In this document: positions 35,640 through 45,940 of the stretch, piece after piece | How the letters are laid out: every line of letters starts with the position of its first letter | How positions within the stretch are numbered: position 1 is the first letter of the stretch | Source of the DNA: Oikopleura dioica | Lineage: Eukaryota > Animalia > Chordata | Direction: 5' to 3' | Assembly: GCA_907165135.1 (NCBI GenBank) | Contig: OU015570.1 | Coordinates: forward strand, 62,001 to 126,000 | DNA length: 64,000 bases | Notes under the pieces: generated by a model | Told to the model about the DNA's origin: nothing | What the model saw: only the letters and a program-made list of their open reading frames with translations | The model's database searches: none | Position numbers and translations under genes: made by a program

Positions 35640-38600
35640 AAAGTAATTTTGGGCGACACTGGTTATGATTATATGCCCGCCAAATGTCGCCGAATGTCGC
35701 TGAATGTCGCCGAATGTCGCCAAAAGGCAATTTTGTAGAGATAAAAAACATAAACAACATGTTCTAGAGATTTTAGGCGAAAGTGCCCAAGACTAGAAGT
35801 CCCTCAAAAATTGAGTTTTTGAAGTACAGTGTGAAGCACTTTTAAGGCCGATTTTCGGATGACAGCGAATTTCAAAAGTGGCCTTAAAATGGATATTTTG
35901 TCTCGAGTCGGATGACAACAAATTTTTACTTTCTTTGGAAAAAAGATAATGAGGGTTCATAAAATTATTCAGAACTTAACTTTCTTTCACTGTTTTCGGA
36001 ATATACTTTCAACTTATTTCCTAAAAAATAGAAATAGTCTTATTTTTTCGGCCGAACAAAGTATGAATCGTAGCCTTTTCAGAATGTGTCCTTTAAATTG
36101 AACTCAACATGATTCTTTCTTTCATTTTTTCAAAAGTGATATTCGTAAAGCATGTCTTAAAAAAGAAAAAACACGGCAAATGCTTAGAAAAAAGATATAA
36201 AGAGATTTTAGTGAAGACGTCAAAGAATAGTGACGTGAAGAAGACAATTGCTGAGCTTTTTCGAAAAAATGGTTAAGACATTCCGAGAAATTATCGTTAA
36301 TTGAAAAAGTCGAGAAAAAACATCGGAAAATACCGAAAAGAAAAATAAAGATAAGAACACAAGGCATCACGCAGTCGAAGAAATAAAGGGGGACGGGCGG
36401 CTACGTTACAAATTTGTAACGCCGTTACAATTTTGTAACGCCGTTACAAGAATTCAGATTTTTCGCAATACAAATTATTTTCCATTCCGTAATTCTTATT
36501 ATTTTGGACAGAATAAGCGATAAGGTGTGCCAAAGTGTAGTTTCCTTTAATTCAGGCGCGAAGCGCCACTCGTTCAATGATTTTGATTTTGAATTTTTGT
36601 AACGCTGTTACAATTTTAACTATTTGTAACGTAGCCGCCCTACACCCGAAATAAAGCTTTTTCAAGTGACACTGTAACTTTCGGATTTTGAACTGAAATT
36701 GAAGGGAAAATGGCCTTAAAGTGGATTTTTAGGATGACAGATTTCGGGAATTTTTCGAAAAAGTGGCCTTAAAAGGGTCGGCCTTAAAAGTGCTTCAAAC
36801 TGTATGAAAGAAGGAAGCGCTCCGCGCAGTTTGTGATAGGAACCTCCCTAGTCGAGCAGGTTACACGTCTATTTTCACGCCTTCTTTAACTCTGTCAATT
36901 TCTAGAGCCAATTCGTTTTGACAGTTTCGGTAAAAACTTTATAATTTTGGACAAAAACAAAAAATGGCGACATTCAGCGGCAATCGGCGACATAACCAGG
37001 GCGCCCCGTAATTTTCTTCTTAAATTTTTCGCAAAAATAAACAAAAACCCACCACCTAACCTTCCACCGAATATCGACTACAAGTCAATGTTGGGTACCC
37101 ACCAAACTCGACCAAAAACCGAGCGATTTTTTCGTTTCTCCCCGTTTCATCATTAAAATACGGTTTTTATTTATTTATTATTGAATTAAATGATTCTTTC
37201 TCAATAACCAAGCTTTCTCCATCAGCTGGTGACATGCATCAAACTTATAATTTGTAAAAATTATTAAAAAAATAAATTTCCAAAATTTTATACTCAGAGG
37301 GGGTAAAGTGCGGTTAATTTTTGCGACCAGTTTCATTTTTGTTTTTGAAAATATTTTCCTATCGGTTTCCTTACCTCGACCAAATCCTTACGTCGACCAT
37401 TCTCGGAATCTGGTCGTGGTAAGGATTTTGGTCGAGGTAAGGATCTGGTCGAGGTAAGGATTTGGTCGAGGTAAGGATCTGGTCGAGGTAAGGATTTGGT
37501 CGAGGTAAGGAAACCGATAGGAAAATATTTTCAAAAACAAAAATGAAACTGGTCGCAAAAAATTAACCGCACTTTACCCCCTCTGAGTAAAAATTTTGGA
37601 AATTTATTTTTTTAATAATTTTTACAAATTATAAGTTTGATGCATGTCACCAGCTGATGGAGAAAGCTTGGTTATTGAGAAAGAATCATTTAATTCAATA
37701 ATAAATAAATAAAAACCGTATTTTAATGATGAAACGGGGAGAAACGAAAAAATCGCTCGGTTTTTGGTCGAGTTTGGTGGGTACCCAACATTGACTTGTA
37801 GTCGATATTCGGTGGAAGGTTAGGTGGTGGGTTTTTGTTTATTTTTGCGAAAAATTTAAGAAGAAAATTACGGGGCGCCCTGGTTATGTCGCCGATTGCC
37901 GCTGAATGTCGCCATTTTTTGTTTTTGTCCAAAATTATAAAGTTTTTACCGAAACTGTCAAAACGAATTGGCTCTAGAAATTGACAGAGTTAAAGAAGGC
38001 GTGAAAATAGACGTGTAACCTGCTCGACTAGGGAGGTTCCTATCACAAACTGCGCGGAGCGCTTCCTTCTTTCATACAGTTTGAAGCACTTTTAAGGCCG
38101 ACCCTTTTAAGGCCACTTTTTCGAAAAATTCCCGAAATCTGTCATCCTAAAAATCCACTTTAAGGCCATTTTCCCTTCAATTTCAGTTCAAAATCCGAAA
38201 GTTACAGTGTCACTTGAAAAAGCTTTATTTCGGGTGTAGGGCGGCTACGTTACAAATAGTTAAAATTGTAACAGCGTTACAAAAATTCAAAATCAAAATC
38301 ATTGAACGAGTGGGCGCTTCGCGCCTGAATTAAAGGAAACTACACTTTGGCACACCTTATCGCTTATTCTGTCCAAAATAATAAGAATTACGGAATGGAA
38401 AATAATTTGTATTGTGAAAAATCTGAATTCTTGTAACGGCGTTACAAAATTGTAACGGCGTTACAAATTTGTAACGTAGCCGCCCGTCCCCCTTTATTTC
38501 TTCGACTGCGTGATGCCTTGTGTTCTTATCTTTATTTTTCTTTTCGGTATTTTCCGATGTTTTTTCTCGACTTTTTCAATTAACGATAATTTCTCGGAAT

Positions 38601-39275
38601 GTCTTAACCATTTTTTCGAAAAAGCTCAGCAATTGTCTTCTTCACGTCACTATTCTTTGACGTCTTCACTAAAATCTCTTTATATCTTTTTCTAAGCATT
38701 TGCCGTGTTTTTTCTTTTTTAAGACATGCTTTACGAATATCACTTTTGAAAAATGAAAGAAAGAATCATGTTGAGTTCAATTTAAAGGACACATTCTGAA
38801 AAGGCTACGATTCATACTTTGTTCGGCCGAAAAAATAATACTATTTCTATTTTTAGGAAATAAGTTGAAAGTATATTCCGAAAACAGTGAAAGAAAGTTA
38901 AGTTCCAAATAATTTTATGAACCCTCATTTATCTTTTTTCCAAAGAAAGTAAAAAATTTGTTGTCATCCGACTCGAGACAAAAATATCCATTTTAAGGCC
39001 ACTTTTGAAATTCGCTGTCATCCGAAAATCGGCCTTAAAAGTGCTTCACACTGTACTTATTTGATGATTACATTCACAAAAAATGTTTGTACTTCAAAAA
39101 CTCAATTTTTGAGGGACTTCTAGTCTTGGGCACTTTCGCTTAAAATCTCTAGAACATGTTGTTTATGTTTTTATCTCTACAAAATTGCCTTTTGGCGACA
39201 TTCGGCGACATTCAGCGACATTCGGCGACATTTGGCGGGCATATAATCATAACCATTGTCGCCCAAAATTACTTT

Positions 39276-40696
39276 TGTAACCCATTGCAACCCATGGATG
39301 GGTCACCATCATGAATCGACCTCAACTCTCATGGAGGGCGCTCGCAGCACCGACTCAAAAGTGAACGCCGGCTTCCTGAGAAGATCAGATGAGAAATTAT
39401 AATTATTATTATTTATATATAATTGAAAACCTGTTCTAAATCCCCTTCCTGCTAACCACGAATAAAAGACCACTTCAAGTAAACCACACCGTGTACAACA
39501 GTTACATTGGTGACTGAAGTGGGTGACTGAAGTGGGAAGGGGAGCGCGTCGTAAAGTGGTAATTCTCGACTGTCGTTAGTGCCAATCGGAGACCAAATCA
39601 AGACGCAGACCGAGAGGGTTGTCATAATCAAAAAGTTAGAGAGTCGCCAAGGCTCAGTGATAGTTATTGCCTATCGCAAAAACGGCCGAAGAGCATCAAT
39701 CAGGACATTGGCAGATGATAGGGCATTAACGAACATTACGTCGGCGAAACGATTCGCAAGTGTCAACCTTGAAAACGGAGGGAAGACAACGCTGGTAGAA
39801 ATGAGAAGGAGCGGGGGCTCCCAAAGCCTCTATTTGCTCGATAACAAGACAGTATGGCCAAAACAGGTACGTGGCCACCATTTGGTACTGCAGCGCAATC
39901 GCTGCATCCGACTGGTGAAGAAGAATTACTACCCCATTTCTCTACTGTCCTCCGACGGCGGTTGGGCCTAGTTAGGAGTCACCCACGCCTACAAACCGTC
40001 CTTCATCATCTTAAACTACTGATCGCAATGTGTTCTCAAGCGCATTGAACCTACTACTACAATTACGCCGCTTTGGACACCAATTCTAATCATCTCTCAC
40101 TTCCCACCTGTTACTTCAAAGGCATGGCTCAGAAATGCACGATTCTGATCAAATCGCCTAAAATATTCAATGAAATCAACTTCCGTCAAACGAATCGTCA
40201 TCAATTCAGCAAAAGTCGCAGTCCCCAGCAATGGAATCCAGACTGTCTTTGCTCGAAGATGATTTTGCTGACTCAGTGCGGTGCATTACTTCCGCTTTTA
40301 TACGGTCCTCATCATCAGCATCATCATCACATTATAGCCTTCAAAGTCTGGCAGATACTAATCAATCTGATTCATTTCGGGCTTCATTTGGTAAACTGGA
40401 TCAAAAAAGGAAAATCATGAGCTCCCGCGCTGAAGAAACATTATGGTGCGCGCCTCTTTCTCCTTTTTCTTGGCAGAAAGTAGTAACCCATTGCAACCCA
40501 TGGATGGGTCACCATCATGAATCGACCTCCACTCTCATGGAGGGCGCTCGCAGCACCGACTCAAAAGTGAACGCCGGCTTCCTGAGAAGATCAGAAGAGA
40601 AATAAAATATAATTGAAAACCTGTTCTAAATCCCCTTCCTGCTAACCACGAATAAAAGACCACTTCAAGTAAACCACACCGTGTACAACAGTTACA
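39276..40696 (+). mobile_element. Non-autonomous 1421-bp LTR retroelement
   Basis: 5' LTR 39276-39506 (TGTAAC...GTTACA) and 3' LTR 40492-40696 with AATAAA. PBS-like TGGTGACTGAAGTGG starts at 39508. 4-bp TSD CTTT; empty site at ~7820. Confidence 0.9.
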
Positions 40697-41520
40697 CTTT
40701 TCTTATTTGTTTAGTAGAGAAAATGTTTTTAGTAACATTGTCTCTAGCTTCATTTTCATAAAAAGCTAAGAAATTTATAATAACGAAACTTTCGTTACAA
40801 AAGTTTCATAACCCTCATCTCTCGATTTCAAATCCCTACCACGACCATTTTCAGAATCTGGTCGAGGTAAGGATTTGGTCGAGGTAGGGATCTGGTCGAG
40901 GTAAGGATTTGGTCGAGGTAAGGAAACACTCTTCTCGACCCCCTCTGAACATAATTATTCAAGCATCATTTTTTGAATATTTTTTTTTAATTGAATAAAA
41001 TTTTTCAAGAGACGTTTTCAAAAATTTCGAGTGGAAAAAACGCGTCTTCTAAAGAAAATACTATAAAGTAAGCGTTTCCTTATTTGTTGTTCGCAGATTA
41101 GATTCCGGACTAAAATTGTTGATTTTCAAAAAAACTTGGAGCAAATTGGGAGCTCCCAATTTACTCTTAGTCTCATAAACTTGTGCTCCTGCTCCCAAAA
41201 AAGGAATCTCCCAATTTCGATCCGAAAGATTCCGAACTCTGGCAACAATTCAAGAAAATTTTTTGTTTCGCAAATTTTTAAAATCAAACTAGATTTCTTC
41301 AAAGCAAATGAGCACAATCAGTTTTCAAAGGAGACGTTTTAATCAGTTATATGATAAAAATACTCTTGGATTCGATAATCAATCAAACAAATATGCTCTA
41401 GAATTTATCAAAATAATCAATGACAAAATTTAGAATCATTCAGAAAATTTTAATATCAAACTAGATTTCTTTGAAGCAAATGTGTACTTTCAGTTTTCAA
41501 AGGAGACGTTTTAATCAGTA

Positions 41521-41916
41521 CAGTTAATTATGGAATTTTTGGACATTTTTTGTCCCAAGATTTTCGCGAAAATGTCCATAAATTTGATACACGCGGCCAA
41601 AAAAATATCCCATCCAAATCGCTTAAAAATTTTTTTGAGAAAAATCTCCATCATTCTTTGTTTAATCCTTCTTCTTAAGACAAAAAATGTTTTAGGGGTA
41701 CGAGATCAACCTTCAATCTTATCTTTCTCAAAGAAAAAGTAAGATTTTAATATGAAAAAACTTCATATCTGGCAAAAATAACAGAAAATTTAAAAATACG
41801 GCGCAGAAAATGTCCAAAAATTTGATACGGGCACTTTTGAAAAGTGTCCCAAGAAAACCCCATAAAATGGCAAAAATGTCCAAAAATTTGATGTCCAAAA
41901 ATTCCATAAAAAACTG
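41521..41916. mobile_element. Tc1/mariner-type MITE present only in the right palindrome arm (family also at 46160-46317 and 59757-62067)
   Basis: TA-CAGTTAATTATGGAATTTTTGGACAT...ATGTCCAAAAATTCCATAAAAAACTG-TA; empty sites at ~26195, ~33378 and ~52084. Confidence 0.88.
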
Positions 41917-43599
41917 TAAGTGGATAAAAATAATCTCTTACGATAGATCGTTTTCACAAATGTATTCTCGGCATATTTTTTGGAAAAAAACATTCTAGAA
42001 AAAAATTCTTCCTTTTCACAACAATCTTCTACCGAGTTATGGATTTTTTCGAGGTGGGCTGGGGTGGTTTCAAAAATCGCACTCAAACCGCGAGGTGATG
42101 TCGAGGTGAGATGCTTGAGGTGGTTTCTAGACCAAAATTTTTTGGTAAAATGTTATTTTTTGATGATAAACAGTTAGATTGCTTCATTCTAGGGACCCAT
42201 AATCTGAATAATAATGTATATTCCGCGGATAGCTATTCAGAAGAGACGTTTTTCAATCTCAAAATTTATCGTATGTTTCTTTTAGAACCTAAAATTTAAG
42301 TCTCTTTTATGTTTAACTAGAAAAGTTTGAACCTAGTTTGATTTTAATTATTATGTAAAGGCTTAAGTTTGGTGATTTTACAACTGAGTTGGATGACGCT
42401 AAAATTTTTCTATTTCTGGAGTAAGGGACTGAATCATGGGAATCAAAAATGAAGGGCGGGGATCTTATCAGAAATTTCTCGCACGAACCAAGTATGAATT
42501 GTAAAAACTGATTGCGCTATTTGAATCAAACCTTAGGATATTTTTCATTCTCTTTAAGACGCCGAAGAAGAGTGATGCAAAGAAGATTATCAATTGGCTT
42601 TTTCGAAAGAAACATGATGGAATAGACATTCCGACGCGGACATTTTCTCGACTTTATGATCAGCGGTTCAAAATCTTGGATTCTACATCGAAACGAAGGT
42701 TTTAAATGTCTCATAATTCGAAGATTTCATCAATGGAGCAATTTGAAAAGAAGATCAAGGAAGAATACGGAAAAAGAAAATCAAAATCAAAACACGTGGA
42801 CTTGCTAATTTCATACGAAAAATAAGGATCGATTTTTTCCCGATGATGAAGAAATCCAGCAGCTACAAATTAAAAAATAGTGGCCTTAAGGGTGTCCCAA
42901 ACGATTTTTTGAAACAGGATCAACTTTGAGTTAATAATTCTACTTAAAAACCATATCTCGAGAAGTAGGTAAGATATTGAAGATCTGAAAAAATGTTCGG
43001 AATCAGAATTTCCTAAATAAGAAGAATAATTTGAGTCACCGAATTAGACAGTCTCGGCCTCGATCGTTGGGGACACCCTTAAGTTAGATTTTTCGGATGA
43101 CAGATTTCGGAGATTTTTCGAAAAAGTGGCCTTAAGTTGCTCGGGCTTAAGTTGGGGTTTCACTGTACTTAAAACGTGTTTTTTGAGAATAAATAGTGCT
43201 CATTAGCTTCGAAAAATCTAGTTTATTTTATAAATTTGCGAAACAAAAAATTTTCCTGAATGTTAGCCAGAGTTCGGACTCTATGGGAGCGAAATTGGGA
43301 GTCTCCTCTGGGAGCCTTCACTTTCTTGGAGCAGGTAGGGAGCAGGAGCATAAGTTTCTGGGACTGAGAGAAAATAAGGAGCTCCCGATTTGCTTTAAAT
43401 TTATAATTTTTCTGTAAATCAACAATTTAATTCCGGAATCTTATCTGCGAACCGAAAACAAGAAAACGCTTACCTTATAGTATTTTCTTAAGAAGACACG
43501 TTTTTTCGACTCGAAATTTTAAAATTTATTAAATTTAAAATTTTAATAAAGTTTGTTTCCATTTTTCCGGACACTTTTCAAATTTTATTCATAAAAATC

Positions 43600-45114
43600 A
43601 TTTTTTTTTTTGTAAAAAAATGAATCAATCGACGGTTGAATGAGATTGTTTTTGGGCACTTGTTGAGCTTGTTGGTGAGGTTGAAGAAAAGGAGCATCAA
43701 GTTCATCCTCAAAATTCATTTTCTACAATTGTTCCTCGAGTGCGTCTATTTCGCCCACTTCCTCCTCGTCTTCATCAACCTGATCTAGGACCTATCTGAT
43801 CTAGATTTCTGGAGTGAACAGAAATCTCAAAATGCAGTTCACTGTTCACTCTAGAACGAACAGCGATTTGAAAATCCTGTTCACTGTTAACTCGAGTAAA
43901 CAGAGTGAACTGTTCACTCTGCCAGAAATAAGGAAAAAAAATTTTTTTTGCATAATTTTTAAAGTCAAACTAGATTTTTTTTGAGCTAAATAACACTTAT
44001 TCGCCTCAAAAGAGACGTTGCAAGTAGTGAGACGATAATAAATCGTCTCTCTCGATATATCTTACTGCAAAGTGTATTCTCGTCATGAATTTTTTTAAAG
44101 AATACATTCAAGAACAAAATTTTTGCTCTTCCACCACAATTTTTTGCTGAAATTTCGAGTCGACAATAACAAATCTGCTCTAGAATTTGTCAAAACCCGG
44201 TGAGAGAACAGAGTGAAGAGTTCACTGTTCACTCTACTTTTCAAAATGCTGTTCACTGTTCACTCTAGAGTGAACAGAAATTCAAATCTCTGTTCACTGT
44301 TCACTCTTAGAACAGTGAACAGTGAACAGCTCACTCTGTTCACTCTGAGTGAACAGCAAATTTCGAACCCTGATCTAGGTACCCGCCGAGAAAAATAAGT
44401 GGTCGATTTTCTATCCCTTTTCGAGCAAAATATTGGGACTACCGATGAAAGTAGGGGTTGCCCTGGACTCGAGCCCGAATTAGCGACACAAAGTGTGCCT
44501 GTTTCGCTTTTTCATTAAGCGGAGGACCACGCGGAGCCAGCTGGAAGAATTCCTTTTTACGAAAAGAAAATCCTCTCACTGAACCCTCTCATTTTTGGAT
44601 TTCTTTTTCATTTTCTTCGAAAAGCTTTGTAAAGTGATAAAATGATTTTTGTTTGGGGCTTTCATTAATTTTACATCGCAATTTGTAAAGAGCGCTACTT
44701 TTTCTCGCGCCTCTCCGCTCTCTATTTCTCACACCACGATCTCACAGCGCTTACTTCAAGGTCGCATATTATAATCCGAAGATCTTAAAACAAAAATCTG
44801 AAAAACAGGATTTGTAGAACTGACGATTCTCTACAAGACAGTGTAATTTTCAAAAATTTTGGATGAGAAATGTCGAAGAAAATGTCATTTGAAGAAAACT
44901 GGCAATTTTCAGATAGTTCCTCTTTGACAATCATTACCAATTTTGCTGTGTTAGTAAAAAGACTTTTATTATTCAGAATCTCTTTGAATTTTGAAAAAAT
45001 CTTTATCCGTTCAGATTTTACGGCCTCGTGAGAAACAGGTTCTGGCGGAGCGCGGATCGAGAGAGCAGCGCCGCGCCGATGTATACCATTACCCTTAAAA
45101 CAGAAAGAACTCAT
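43600..45114 (-). pseudogene. Decayed gene with SAP-like motif, acidic tail and C-terminal PIP box (copy ~56605-58095)
   Basis: The frame YATLK*AL*DRGVRNRERRGARKSSALYKL...FEENEKEIQK*EG...AKQAHFVSLIRARVQGNPYFHR*SQYF...GGYLDQ continues in frame across the insertion 43791-44372 into VDEDEEEVGEIDALEEQL*KMNF...QPSIDSFF. Confidence 0.55.
43791..44372. mobile_element. hAT-like insertion with GTGAACAG / CTGTTCAC repeats
   Basis: Near-duplicate ATCTAGGA / ATCTAGGT flanks and right end CCCTG; the left TIR is not recognisable. Confidence 0.55.
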
Positions 45115-45280
45115 TTTAATTGGTCTTGACCATACAAAAGAAATTTGAAAAAAAATTAGATAAAAACCATAAAAAAATTAAAAACAGGGACAATATAAAT
45201 TTTTACATCAGATGGTGGTGGGTGGGGTTGGGGACGCAACTGAGAATGATCAACTCAGTGTTTTCCCAGCCTTAGTCAAA

Positions 45281-45503
45281 AAATTTAAAAATCAAGGGAC
45301 GGGGCTGAAACGGCCCGAAGGGCCGTCAAGCCCCTTAAATTTATATATCAAGAGACGGGGCTGAAACGGCCCGAAGGGCCGTCAAGCCCTTAAATTTAAA
45401 AATCAAGGGACGTGGCTGAATCGGCCCGAAGGGCCGTCAAGCCCCTTAAATTTAAAAATCAAGGGACGGGGCTGAAACGGCCCGAAGGTCCGTCAAGCCC
45501 CTT
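45281..45503. repeat. Tandem array of four 56-bp hairpin units (three units in the partner copy, split by an insertion)
   Basis: Unit AAATTTAAAAATCAAGGGACGGGGCTGAAACGGCCCGAAGGGCCGTCAAGCCCCTT, with stem GGGGCT..CGGCCC-GAA-GGGCCG..AGCCCC. Confidence 0.9.
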
Positions 45504-45512
45504 AAATTTAAA

Positions 45513-45829
45513 AATCTTGATCTGCTCTTGAGGGAGTCGAATATCGCCTTCAAGCTTTCTCTTGGCTCGTTCAAGGTCAATTCGAGACTTTTCTCAAGTT
45601 CGAGGGCGATGTTAATCGACCTGCTGTTCGAGTTTTCCCTTGGACTTGGTGAGATTGACGACCTTTTCTTCTTTTTTGAAGATCTGGTCGTCTTCTTGAA
45701 GAGCTTTCTTCTCCTTTTGAAGCTTGTTAATGGCCTCGCGAACAGAGGCAAATCCCTCGGAATTGTCCTGGGACTTGTTTTCAGTCGCATGCTTTTCTTT
45801 TTCTATCTTGGCAAGAGTCAGTTCAAGAT
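45513..45829 (-). pseudogene. MYH: Sarcomeric myosin heavy chain rod fragment (copy 59115-59432)
   Basis: [18 protein letters not shown]...[11 protein letters not shown]...[13 protein letters not shown]...[18 protein letters not shown] matches, from memory, the vertebrate MYH7-type rod ([54 protein letters not shown]); small deletions and frameshifts. Confidence 0.9.
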
Positions 45830-45871
45830 GAAAGAGTAGCATTATTACCCTCTAAATGTGAGTTTATAGAA

Positions 45872-45940
45872 AAGAACCTGGTTGAGTGGAGAGCGATTTC
45901 GCTTAGCGAGGTGAGGGCGCTGGTTCGAATCTCTGTTTTT
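45872..45940 (+). other. tRNA-like / Pol III promoter relic (copy 59475-59543)
   Basis: A-box-like TGGTTGAGTGG (45879-45889), B-box GGTTCGAATC (45922-45931) at tRNA spacing, then a T5 run. The T-stem does not pair, so it is not a functional tRNA. Confidence 0.3.

Larger units (their letters stand above)
32231..43082. repeat. ~10.8-kb palindrome (arms ~5.2 and ~5.6 kb), centre ~37365-37516
   Basis: Mirror ORFs 36947/37932, 36370/38510, 35336/39579, 34842/40073, 33781/41136 and 32603/42714. Confidence 0.95.

Noticed and set aside
37365-37516. CRISPR-like appearance of the 17-bp arrays (and the 56-bp array at 45281)
   Set aside because: The units are directly tandem with no unique spacers, there are no cas genes, and the context is eukaryotic.
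39579-39971. 130-aa ORF in four copies as a conserved gene
   Set aside because: Identity is explained by recent duplication of the LTR element; it has a GTG start and no recognisable motif.
32231-43082. Palindrome as a pure amplification or read fold-back artefact
   Set aside because: The arms differ by a TSD-flanked insertion, a deletion and substitutions; an artefact is not fully excluded without raw reads.
45452-45839. ORFs 45452-45790 and 45528-45839 as separate genes
   Set aside because: They are alternative frames or the antisense of the myosin rod fragment.
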